In this document: in pieces, positions 38,721 to 53,421 of the stretch
Layout: each line of letters starts with the position of its first letter
How positions within the stretch are numbered: the first letter of the stretch is position 1
NCBI GenBank assembly: GCA_001179505.1
Contig: CDMY01000456.1
Coordinates: forward strand, 62,001-126,000
Direction: 5' to 3'
DNA: 64,000 bases
DNA from: Vitrella brassicaformis CCMP3155
Taxonomy: Eukaryota > Protista > Chromerida
Position numbers and translations under genes: made by a program
Notes under the pieces: model-generated
What the model was told of the DNA's origin: nothing
Databases searched by the model: none
The model's input: the letters and a program-made list of their open reading frames with translations, nothing else

Positions 38721-40735
38721 CTATCTGTGGTATCCGCCCTCCTCTGAGGGCCCCCGTGAAGACCGCCACCTGTCATAGCCGCGCCGCAGGTCGGGCGGCT
38801 CGAACGTCTCATCATATCGACGCCGCTCACGCTTCCGGCCTGACGAGTGAGGAAAAGACGGAAACACACATGAGTCTTGCAGGCAGAGACGAGAAGTGTT
38901 GTCTGTCGTGTGTGTGCGATAGATGCCTGCCTACCGACTGATCGTGATCGGCTGCGGGCCCGGCGACGGCCACCGCCATCGCTGAAACACCCACACAGCA
39001 CACACCCACACACGATTGCCGTCCTCTGTCTTTTCCTTCCCACGCTCTGTTCCTTCCTTTGCCTCCTTACCCCCAGTGGCCTGGCCCTGGCATGGGTAGG
39101 GGCGGGCCCCAGTTGCCCGCCCTCCTCCTCTCGTCATCATGGTGGCTGATGGGCGACGCAGGCAGCTCCTGCCGGCTGTCCGGTGGCGGAGCCGTCATAG
39201 AGTACGGCAGCGGATGGGTGGAAGGGAGGGGCGGGGGCCGCCTGTCTCGGTCGTATGGTGGCGATGGGGGTCGGCGGCCGCGTGGCGGCGACCGTGGCGG
39301 TGATCGGGGTGGGGTGTGTGGACGCTCTGCCGCGCCAGTGCCGAGGCAGTACTCGGGGTTGCGGCCAGTTATGTACGTCTCAGACCTGAGTGAGTGAGAT
39401 GGGGTCAAATCAACACACTCGTGCCATTTCTGGGGTGTGTGTGGTTGTGTGGTGTCACACCCACCTGTTGGGGATGCCTGAAAGAGCACCCGGCTCGACC
39501 CCGAGCCTCCTTATGAACTTGCCATTGCCGCTCTGCATCTCACGCTCCCACTCAGTCACGGGCCTGACCAATCCAGGCAGGCAGGCAGGCAGCATCACAC
39601 ACACACACATCCATCCATCCATCCAGATCCATCCTTTGGTACACTTATAACATTAGGTGACCGTCTTACTTTCCGTTGATGAGGAGGATGTACTTGGCAG
39701 CCCAGTGGTGCTTTTCTGGGTTTGAGGGAGCCACGGCGTCAGCTAATATCCTGAGCGAGCAAGGAAACACGGAAACACACGACATCGAGACAAAGCCGCG
39801 AGACTGCGATTTGAGTGGGGTGGTGTCATCGCCTCTCTCTCCCTCGTGCCCACCCGTCAGCTTGCCTGTCGCCCTCCCGGAGGTCAAACTTGCGGGACTG
39901 CGTCGGCGACACATAGATCATCCCTGGCCTGACAACACAACCCAACCAAACCATCCTCCTGTCGAATGTGCCGTGTGTGTGTGGGTGTGGTGTCTTACAT
40001 GAGGAACCCCTGTCGGTTGCCCTTGTGTATCTCGAGCCGCCCGCTCGCCGCCGCCACGCCCGCCTCCTCGCGATCCTTGAAGATGATCTGCTCCAACAAA
40101 CTGTCCCGAGCCATGAGAGATGCGTTCGCAATGCCTATGTCCCGCGCCATCTCGACCAGCTTCACCGTCCCCTTGTCCACCAGCTCAGCCACGTTCAGCA
40201 GCGGCCGCGACGGGTGCCATCGGCTGTTGGCGTCCTCCTGGTTGTGGCCCGTCGCGGCGTCCGACCCATCCTGCCCGTGCTCCTCGATCTGGCCCTCCTC
40301 CTCAGCCGCTCGCCGGCCGCCTGTGTCTGCGTCGGGGCCATCTCCTTCCTCTTCCTGCTTGATGACCTCAGAATGGTCGACCGCCTCCCATTCCGCAGGG
40401 GGCGGTGGCTGGTCGTCGTGATCGTGGTCGTGGTCGTGGTCATGGTCGTGGTCGTGAGGCTCCTGCTTGACGTAGGCGTCCGAGTGGTGGTTATCTTCCG
40501 TGTACTCGGGCTGTTGGTGCTGATCGTATTCCTCCGGGTGGGCAAAGTCGCCGTTGATAGCAGCTTCCTCGTGATCTGCATCTGCATCTGCATGGCCGTG
40601 CTCGTCTGGAGCCGGCATCTGGTCAGCTGAGTCGGGCGGATGGTCTTCGTTTGTCGGCTCCTCCCCATTGTCACCCATCATGGCTGCATCGCCGCTGCCC
40701 TGAGCGGCGGCCTCCTGCTCGTCGGCAAGGTCCAT
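38721..40735 (-). CDS. Protein with Rho transcription-terminator N-terminal and RNA-binding (OB/cold-shock) domains, no ATPase, RS/Pro-rich tail
   Basis: Spliced sequence LNVAELVDKGTVKLVEMARDIGIANASLMARDSLL...GRLEIHKGNRQGFLMPGMIYVSPTQSRKFDLREGDRILADAVAP...ILLING parallels bacterial Rho residues about 1-125 (G.LEI..GFL, IYVSP.Q.R.F.LR.GD.I). Exons 40735-39999, 39928-39866 and four or five more. Confidence 0.8.
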
Positions 40736-40819
40736 GATCTGGACAGAGATACAAACACAGCAGCACCTGGCGATGTCAGCACCAACTGATCTTCGTACCT
40801 CTTCAAGTTGTCACAGTCA

Positions 40820-42106
40820 ATGAAGCTCGCAAAGAATGCGAGCTGCCCCCAGTCTCTTGCATGCATTTTTCCCCTGCCGGTTGCTGGCCAGTCAATGGCA
40901 GCCAAGCGGTGCTCGATGACCGAGAGAATCCCGGAGATGCCGTCGCGAATCATGATTCCTCGTCGTCCGTCCAGAGATTCGCCGGAGACCCACCCGCCCC
41001 GCTCCCCATGCCCTGACCTGGGCTCTGACGCAGCCGAGAGCAAGGCCGCAGCCATCATCGAAGCGGACCGATCACTGCATGGAGACAACGTTGTCCTGCG
41101 GGAGGTGCCTTTGGAGGCGGTGAAGGAGATGGTGGAGTGGGGCATTACATCGCCAGCCCTTTTCCGTGAGATGACTGTTGCAGTGTGGGACGCCTTTATC
41201 GAGGAGAGAGGCAGCAACTGCAAGGTGCCGGCTGCGATGAGGGCTATAGTGCGGGAGAGACTTATATCGCTCAACAGGGGAGACGGCGGGTGTTCGAGGC
41301 ATGTCCTGCGAGACATCAATGCGAAGCTTGACCAAATCCTGCACCGCTTCTCCGCTTTGGAGGAGAGCAGACAGACCGATGGCGACTCAACCCCTGTGGC
41401 TGAAGACCTGACTGCTTTGCTCAAGTCCATAGAGGTGGCACGAGCAGAGGATTACTGACTGACTGACTGACTGATTGACTGACTGTTGGATACACATATG
41501 TCATAGGTACTGGAGGCCACACTGGACCAGTGTGTGTCGCGCCTGCCGGCTGTCAAGCACCAGCCATTGCCTGCAGAGGCGCCTCTATTGCCCCCACTAT
41601 CCACACCTACCGTGAGTGCTGGCATCTCTTTCAAGCCCACCCCAGCCCTGTCTTCACCAAGCCGCCACACAGCCGTCTCTCCGGCTTACCAGCCACTTAC
41701 GGAGCCATCGCCCGGCCAATCCACTCGCTACGGCGCTCCGTTGCTTTCTGTGCCTTCCCTTGCACACCCTGCCCCGCCTTTAAAACCTAAAGGGACTGAT
41801 ATGCCTAAGTCGCCGGCAGCCCTGACACCGCCGTCCATTCTCGATGGCAAGAAACAGCTGTTCGACCCAGAGACATATCTGAAGGACATCCCTCTGATGG
41901 AGCCCTCGTACAATGTCATTAGCAGCCCATTCACAGTCGATCACAGCAGAGAATGGGCAGAGCCTCAGGCAGAGAGGTCTCCTGAGCGGACGTTCTTCTC
42001 TTCTTCTGCTTCTCTTTCCAAATTCGGGGCGGGGGGCGGGTTTGGGTTTGGTAGAGCAGGACGCGACAGCAGCCATGCATCGTTTTACAGAAGCATCCTT
42101 AAGTGA
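40820..42106 (+). CDS. Two-exon hypothetical protein, helical N-half and Pro/Ser-rich C-half
   Basis: ORFs 40808-41458 and 41534-42106 join through an intron (ATAGAG|GTGGCA...TCATAG|GTACTG), giving LLKSIE-VLEATLDQCVSRLP. The start codon is uncertain (40820 or 40895). Confidence 0.5.
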
Positions 42107-42313
42107 CCGACTGACGTACTCGCATGGATCTCTGGCTGGCATGATGGGCAGAAAGACAAAGTGTTTGGATACAGTATGCTCACCAGACCAGAGATCAGAG
42201 ACAGTCTGACTGACAATGGCAAGTCAGTCGATCCCATCCCACCCACCCCCTCCCAGCACAGTACACTCATCCACCCACCCACCCACACACACACGGATGG
42301 TTTGGTTGGGGAA

Positions 42314-45121
<2,808 letters not shown>

Positions 45122-45659
45122 TGGTCCTTGTCAGCTTGATTCGTTACTGGTCGGTCGTCGTCGTGGGGCCTCCCTGGAAGTGGCAGAACCTTGGGCAGAA
45201 CTGATTCGGATTATTCCGATTCAGTGGGGCTCTCTCCAGACGGCGAAGAGATTGGGAATGGGGAGGGAAGGGAGAAACAACTTGCAGACCGCAAGCTTTC
45301 AAGATCGCTTAAAGATTCGCTTTGTGCGTCTGGGTGGCGCTATTTTGTTGGCGACTTGTACGTTCATCGTACAAATGTCCCTGCCGACGAATCTGTCTCG
45401 CTTGGCGCGGCTAATGATGCAAACAGCTAACACGGCACAACGCAGCTGCAGACGCACGAGAGAAAACAGAGAAACTGCCGTTGATTGATTACACGACACC
45501 ACACTATACAGCGCGTGCCTGCCACTTGAAAAAACCTTCCTCTCGTCGCGTGCCGGCCTCTCTCAATGCATTGCCAGACGCACAATTACACACACATACG
45601 CAGAGATACACCCACACAGATCTCTCGCTGACCCACCCGAATCGACCCGTCTGCTTGGG

Positions 45660-48600
45660 CTACACAGCGTCGTATATGAGAGTGCGCTCGTCCGCCTCGA
45701 GCGGCCGCACACGCGGCAGCCTCCGAGGCGACCACTGCCCTGCCATCTGCGACCATGTGCGCGGCGACCACTGCCCACCCCGCCGTGTGGTTCCATCATG
45801 GGTGAAACGGACAGGCCGGAACCATCTGCACACATGGATGGATGGATGGATAAGCAGAGAGAGAGAGGCCCCTTGTGTGTATGTGATTGCTGTGGTCGTG
45901 TGGTGTGGTGGGTGCCACCGTTGGGTGGTACCTGAGCGACAGGGAGCATCCGACCACGATGAGCGAGCTGCAGGCCATGGCGGCGCCTGCCAGGGGAGGC
46001 GGGATGGTCAGCGGATAGAACAGCCCCGCTGCCAATGGCAGGCCGATCAGGTTGAAGATACACGCCCAGAAGAAATTGCTGCATTGCAAGCACAGACGAC
46101 CTGAGAGGTGTGGTGCTGATGCACGTCTGGTCTGTCCTTTTGTCTGTCTGTCTGTCTGTCTGACCATCTGATGACAAATATGGTGGTTCTGCAAAGCTTG
46201 AAGAACGTTGCCAGGTCGGCGAGGCCGGTGCGCATGAGCACCACGTCGGCCGCAGCGATCGTCACCTGCGCCCCCGCCCCAACCGCAATGCCCACGTCGG
46301 CCTGGGCCAACGCTGGCGAGTCGTTGATGCCGTCACCAGCCATCACAACGGTCCCTGTGGCACAACACAGCACACACCACAACACCCCACACATGAGGGA
46401 CGAAGGTGCATTATCCTTACCGCGCCGTGTTGTGCTGTGGTGTGCTGTGCTGAGTCACCTTTCTTGTCGTTTGCGAGTTTCTGCACCAGCTTGCATTTGT
46501 CCGCAGGCAGCGCGGGCGCGACGACCTTGTCGATCTCCAGCCCCACCTTGCGGCCGACCGCATGTGCGGTGCTGGCGTTGTCGCCCGAGCACATCCACAC
46601 GTCCATGTGTCCGCCCTCCGACCCCCGCAGCCACCCCAGGCACGCCGCGCTATCCTCATGCACCTCATCTCGCAACGCCACCGCCCCCAGGCACACAAAC
46701 CCCACGTGCAACACCGCCACCGTGCAGCCGTCGGCCTGCTCCCGCCCCACCCACCCCTCGAGCAAAGGCCAGTCGGGAGTGGTGTTGGTGCTGGCGGACG
46801 GCAGCAGACAGCCGCAGTTGGGGCCGTTGACCATGCACCGGCAGGGGTCGCACCGACACATGGGCGAGTTGCACTTCCCAGGGGCGCCACTCCCTTTGTC
46901 TGCTGTGTCGTCTGTTGTGGGCCGTGGGGTGCGGTTGGGGCTCCGGGCGGCAGCGAGGCTGAGGACGCCGACTTGGCGGCCGGCCACGCGGCACTCCACC
47001 CCCTTGCCCGGCAGGTTCTGGAAGTCTGTCGGCTCGGCGAAGGGCGCCAGCCCTGGCTGCTTGGCCGCGTGCTCGGCGATGGCCCGCCCCAGCGGGTGCT
47101 CGCTGAGCGACTCGACAGACCCCAGCAGCCACCAGAACCACCGCATACCCTTCTGCACCTCATCGTGTGAGCACCCCTTGCTGCTGTTGCGCAGCACGTC
47201 GGTATTCTCAATGGGAGGCGGCGGCGACACGGCGATCTCGCCCTCTGATGCGGTGGTCTCGGCCCCAGAGAAATACACCTCGCTCGACGAGCTGTTAATC
47301 GTGTCGCGGGCGGTGTCGCGGTCGCTGTGCGGGGGCGTGAGTATGCCGCCTGACGCCGTGCACAGCTTGGCGGCGGGGAAGGAGGTCGGTAAGATGGCGG
47401 CCGCGACCACGACCGGCTTTCCCTTCGTCAGAGTGCCGGTCTTGTCCAACACGAGGCTCTTTGCGTGCGCGCCCGACTCGAGAGGCGCCCCACCCTTGAT
47501 CAGTATGCCGTGCTCGGCCGCGAGCCCGGTGGCGACCATCACAGCTGTCGGGGTGGCCAGACCTGCGCGCACACAGAGGGAGAGGGAGGGTCATCTCATC
47601 AGATCGGTCAGAGGTCCGTATGGCATAGCATGGGTACCGAGGGCACATGGGCAGGCGATGGCGAGCACGGCGATGCCGAACCTGAGTGCGAACATGGCCT
47701 TGGTGGCCGTGGGGTGGGGGTCGTCTGCGGGGTCGATGCCGGGCACGCGGGGAGCGATGACGCCCGTGAACACCAGAGCGAACCACACGACCGACGTCAC
47801 AGCCGCCAGCATAGCCACACACGGCACAAAGTACCTGAATGGGAGAGGAGGAGGAGGAGGAGGAGGAAGAAGGCAGGCGGCCATGCATCCTCGGTGTGTG
47901 TCGCATGTGTGGATCGATTTGCACACCCCGCGATTCTGTCGGCCAGTTGCTGCGACTGCGTTTTGGAGGTCTGGGCCTCCTCGACCAGCTTGACAATCTG
48001 GCCAAGAGCGGTCTGGCCGCCGATCTTGGTGGTCTGCAGCAGCATCCCCCCCGACAGGCACGTGCTGCCCCCCAGCACCATGTTGCCGTGCTCCTTCTCC
48101 ACCGGCCGGCTCTCCCCCGTGATGAGGCTCTCGTCCACCGACACGATGCCGTGACTCACTTGGATGCCGTCGACGGGGATCAGCCCGCCCGGGTAGACCT
48201 TGAGAGTGTCTCCGATCTCTATCAGATCGGTGGTGATCTCTCTCTCGGTCTCGGTGCCGTCGGCTGCTTGAGGCTGGAGGAACGCTGTGGTGGGTTTGAG
48301 GGCCAGCAGATGGTCGAGAGCTGCCATGGTGCGGTGCTTGGCGTGGTGCTCCAGCAGCTTGCCAACCATCACCACCGTGATCAGGATGACCGACGTGTCG
48401 AAGAAGGTCATCGGATCCTCGACGATTCCCCCTTTTATCTGCCCATGGTCCTCCACCGCCCCCGCAACAGCCGCAAACACCAGCACACCCACCGAGTAAA
48501 GATACGCCATATTGGTCGCCAGGCTGACCAGCACGTCCATGTTGGCCGCGCCGTGCTTGAGTGCCGCGTACGCCCCCGTGTGGAACCGCCGGCCCCACCA

Positions 48601-50067
48601 CAGCTGCACGGGCGTCGCGAGCACCAGCTGCAGGGCCGCCGCGACAGAGAGAGAGACGTGAGGGATGAGAGGCCGGCGCAGGAAGGACGGCAGATTTTCT
48701 GGATCAGTGGTCGACAGGATGAACACCAGAATGGCCGGCAAGATGCTGATGGACCACACATGCAGGCAGACACACAGAAGAGTGCGTCTTTCTCTGTGCG
48801 CTTTGTGCTGCTTGGTGCAGTTGGTCGCCGACCAGCAGAAGATGTCCCCGCGTATCTGCCGCTGTGTCCGCTTCATCTTGTCGTGCTCTCCCCCATCGCT
48901 CTCGGCGCTCCACTCGGCGTCGTACCCCGCCTCGCGCAGCAGCCGCAAGATGCTTCGCGCACCAACCACATGAGGGTTGTACGACACAGTGACGCGCACG
49001 CCGTCCGGTAGAGATGACCGTGACCGGGCCGCCTTGGTCTGGCGGCTTCTGATGCAGCCGAGGATGCCGTCAGTGCCCGTCAGAAAGCTCTCCACGCCGG
49101 CGGCCTCGTCGGCGGTCGAAGCACTCTTGACATGGACTCTCAGGTGAGCAACGGCCTGACCCATCAACACGCAACATGTGTGTGTCATGTGTCTGCCCGC
49201 TCTCTCTGTTCCTCGATCGGCTCACGTCGGAGTGTCCTTCTGTCGTGTCCTCTAATGGCTGGTCGCTGGCGAGAGTGGCGTCATATCCGACCATCTCAAT
49301 GTACTCGCACAGGTCATCGGCACTCACACGCGCGCCGTCGTACTCTATGGACGCTCGGTTGCGAATCAGATTGACAGACACGCCACGGATGCCCTGCACA
49401 CACACACAGAGGGAGGGAGGCAACGTGTGCCCGTCCACCTGACACGCCCTTCCCCCCCACTCACCTGTTTCTTCTTGAGGTGTTCCTCGACGGTCTTGAC
49501 GCACGAGGCACACGTCATGCCGCCCACAGTGATCTCGGCGTGGCGCCAGCTGGCCGCGTGGGCGGGGGAGCCCCTGGACATCCGTCGGGGGCTCGCGTCC
49601 GTGTCGGCCGTCACCTGGTGATAACAAGACCATGCGTGCAGACGGTTAAGAGAGTTTGATGCTGGCTGGGCTGACTGACCTCGGCATCGAATCCGATGTC
49701 ATCAATTGCTGAGGCAAGCTCGGAGGCACTCATCTGATGTGTCACACAAAGGACAGGGAGTCGTTGCTTCTTCCCTTTTTCGGCGTGGGTCCGTTTGTGT
49801 AGCGTTCGTACTGTGGTGGGGTGGTATTTGACAGTAGCCTTCTCTGTCAGGAGGTTGACGTGTGCCGACTCCACGCCAGGAAACTGCCGCAGCCGGCCCT
49901 CCACCGCGCCAACACACGAGCCACAGGTCATCCCTGCATAGCACAGCCAACGAAGGAAACAAGTGAATGAATCACATCAGGCCGTGAACAGAAAACCTTG
50001 GACGATGCCCGGACCTACCTTGGATGCGCAGCTCGGCCCTCCGCATGGGTTTCGGCTCATCGGCCAT
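45660..50067 (-). CDS. ATP7: P1B-type heavy-metal (Cu-type) transporting ATPase
   Basis: Two HMA motifs GMTCGSC and GMTCASC plus a degenerate third; [58 protein letters not shown]. Confidence 0.95.
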
Positions 50068-50234
50068 CTGTCAGGCAGCAAACATAGGTCACACCAAAGA
50101 ACGCACCCATTTCCGCCTTTCCCCCGCCATCCTACGTGACGCACTTTCAGACTTTTGGGGCCTCTTTGCGTGGACACACGTGCACGCAAGCACGATTATC
50201 TTCACGTCAATCAGCTCCGCCTTCAGAAGAGCGG

Positions 50235-50271
50235 CAACCCAACCCTTCGCCCCAACCCTAACCCTAACCCT
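50235..50271. promoter_or_regulatory. Telomere-like (CCCTAA) motif in a divergent promoter
   Basis: CAACCCAACCCTTCGCCCCAACCCTAACCCTAACCCT between ATGs at 50067(-) and 50346(+). Confidence 0.5.
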
Positions 50272-50345
50272 TGAGTTGTCCGTCAGCAATTGGGAGTGAT
50301 CTGCCGTGAAGTTGATCGGCCCTGCAGGAACGTAGAGAGGGCAAG

Positions 50346-52642
50346 ATGGGCAACAACCATACTGCGGACAGCCATGGTGCCCTTATCGACGAACACACAC
50401 TGGATTTCCTCCACAAAGACGACAGAGATGCCCTCCACACGTATGCAAACCACACAGAAATGACATGAGGAAAGGGAAACGGCAGAGGGCAGCTGTGTGT
50501 GTCTGCGCGTGTTGGCTATCTGTGTATGTGTGCAGCCGGTCGGAGGTCGGCAGCCTCAGAGCCACGGCCCGTTTCCTCTGGGAAGTCGACTTCTCGGCCG
50601 CCGTCCTGAGCAACCGACTCAATCGCTGCCTTGCCGCCAAGGGACTGCACGCCATCATCGCCTTCGACGCTCAGCTGGACCGGCCTCTGCTGCTGAAGGC
50701 CATCTGGCTGGTGGACACGCAGCAGTGGACCGAGGTGACCAATGCGCTGAAGGTGGCGGCTCAGCTCAACTACTGCCAGCTGCCGATCACACTGGCTGTG
50801 GCGGATTGTGAGCGTCACGATAGCAAGCAGGTGGGCAGATGAGCGTGGGGCGGGGTGGGTGGGTGGCACTCATCGGTCTGTCTGTCTGTCTGTCTGTGTA
50901 GGCGTATTTGGCGGATGTGCGTGTGATTGCGCTGTGGAAGATGGTCGGCCGACACGTCAACTTTGGCGGCAACTACGGTCGTTTTGAGCTGTTCGACCAG
51001 CCGGGCGGCGGTGTGCGTGCCCTCCGCGACGAGCCGGGCTTCGAGCTGGACATCAACCCGCCCCTCCCCCCCGCCCACCCATACCACACACATCATCAAT
51101 GACAACCCGCCCGTCAGATCCACAAGCTGCCGGCAGGAGGGCGGCTGGGCGGCCGATGGTCTGGAGACCACTGATGCCTCGACGTCGTCTTTCATCATGA
51201 GTGCCCTCCTGCTCCCCACAGCGGCGAATTGGGGCAGAACTCCTTTGGTTCGAGTGGACCGGTAGGCAGGACACACCACACTCAGACACACACATGCATC
51301 CATTACGGCCTCTTCTTTGTGTCATGTGTTGGTCTCCTCAGCCATGCTCACGGCGGTGTGCTGGACGGCCTCCTGAACCACTCACCCCACCAGCCCCCCA
51401 ACCGATGCACCGCCGTCATGGCGGGCAGGGTGGTCGACGGCGATGATCGCCCTGTAGAGATTCGGACTCTGCTGCTGACGCCGTTCGATGGCCCATTCGT
51501 CGCATGGATCGTTCTATGTATCTGTCCCGACACGACCACAGGTGAGGCGTCACAGATGCTCTGTTGATTGGGCCATCCTTTGACGTGTGCTGTTTCGCTG
51601 AATGCAGTGTTAGTTCGTGTCGTCACCAGCGAGCCGCCAGTAGGTGATCCATCGGCTGCCTTCAAGGACCGCCGGCCCGCTACCGCCCCTCTGGTGGGCG
51701 GCCTGGTGGGCAGCACCATCGCAGATATGGTGGTCATCCAACAGGAGGAAGTCATTGAAGGTGAGTGTGTGAGTGTGCAGGCAGCCGCCTCCATCTCGGT
51801 AGGTCTCTCACTCGGATGTGGTTTGTGTGTGTGTGCAGACAAGGATGGCGACTCGGAGGAGGGCGAGGGCGAGGCCAAACAGCGACTCGACGAGTGAGTG
51901 ACCAGGAGAGCAGACACTCACACCCATCTATTGTGTGTTGGTGTGATGGCAACAGGGCTGAGGCATGCAAGCACCAGGGCAACACGTCCTTCCAGTCGCG
52001 GCAGTGTGAGGACGCCCTGCGACACTACACGAAGGCCGCCCGCCTCCTAGCGTTCGTAGCTTCTAGCCCCGCCATCGAGGAGGAGAGGGACCGCCTGGCT
52101 ACCAAGTGCAAAGTCAATGAGGTATGGCCGTGGGCAGGCACACGAACACCCAACACGCCACACCATGTGTGTGTCTGTTGTGTCGATTTATGAGTGCAGG
52201 CGGCGTGCTATTTGGAGTTGAAGGACTACGCCATGACGATCCGCCGGTGCACGGAGGTGCTGGCCGTGGACCCCCACGTGGTCAAGGCCCTCTACCGCCG
52301 GGCGCGTGCCCATCTGGAGTGCAAGGACTTCGGTGAGGCCAAGAGGGACGTCATCAGGGCACTAGACATCGCACCCAACGACACAGAACTCAGGTAGGTG
52401 TCTGCAGAAGGAGAGGCAGACATAGAGGGGACGAGGGGGGCCAAGGCGTAGGCGATTTCATGGTCTGTCTCTCTGCTTGTGTTGTCTGATGCAGTAAGTT
52501 GCTGCGTGAGGTCAAGAAGATGCAAGCGGACGAGGAGGCCAAGGAGAGACGCAAACTCAAGTGTGTGACAAACCACATATGATCCCGTCTCTTGTCCATT
52601 TCGCTCTCTCCCCATTGATGCAGGGCGTTCTTCGAGGCTTAG
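50346..52642 (+). pseudogene. Lineage-family domain fused to a TPR domain; apparent frameshift near 51085-51102
   Basis: Exons are in frame to PPLPPAHPYHTHHQ* (51102). Coding-like sequence continues in the +1 frame (DNPPVRS...) and splices on to TPRs (AEACKHQGN, AACYLELKDY, VKALYRRARAHL..KDFGEAKRD). Could also be an assembly error. Confidence 0.5.
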
Positions 52643-53125
52643 GCCAAGCGATCGGACCGCTCAGGAGCTGCCGCCGCCCCAGCGCCCCCCGGTGTGCAGC
52701 ATCATGACGACGACGATGGCGGGCCGCTGGTGGTGCTCACCAACACAGGCATGAGGGGGGCGGGTGAGCGGGGTGTGTCTCGTGTCCAGCCGGATATGTG
52801 TGTGCCTCCTCTGTGTGTGTGTGTGCAGATGTGGATGGCGAGTTGGGGAACGAGTGGGACGATAGCCGGCCAGTAGCAGCACCAGCGGATGACGGCTGAA
52901 GGTGAGAGTGGCGAGGGGTCAAGTTAGACCAGCTGCTTCAGATTCATTGTGGGCCATCGGTCGATGGATGGATGGCCGTGTGCATTCATGTTTCAGGTGA
53001 GGGTCGGGGAGGACGGCCACGACGAAGTGGCGGAGGACAAGTAGATAGACAGCGCAGCGCTGCCACGGTGCATCTGCGAGACCCTATAAACCCTGTTGAG
53101 TGACATTTAAGGTATGTGTCTAAGG

Positions 53126-53153
53126 TTTAGGGCTCAATATTTAGGGCTCAATA
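53126..53153. repeat. Perfect 14-bp tandem duplication containing TTTAGGG
   Basis: TTTAGGGCTCAATA x2 in an AT-richer intergenic stretch between convergent genes. Confidence 0.85.
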
Positions 53154-53421
53154 ATGGATGGCCGAGCAGCAATCATCAAAATGCATGAGTGAGAATTTTG
53201 CATTTGTATGTGCGTGTCAATTTCTCAGTATTGGTTCTCTTACAAATTCAACGACAGTCGACGAAGTCAGTGAGTCAGTCAACTTATTATGTATACAGCG
53301 ACACATACATATACACACAATCGATCCTCTCTGTCCATTCACGCACACATATACATACATGCGACATAGTGTTACTCATCCAACTCGCTCCGCACACTAC
53401 ACATCATGACCAATGAGTCGG

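Noticed and set aside
46437-49011. Long plus-strand ORFs (518 aa at 46437-47993, 390 aa at 47839-49011)
   Set aside because: Antisense shadows of GC-rich Cu-ATPase exons; no motifs or coherent splice structure of their own.
50235-53153. Telomeric repeats as a chromosome end or fusion scar
   Set aside because: Only 2-3 imperfect units per site, embedded between intact genes; treated as short motifs instead.
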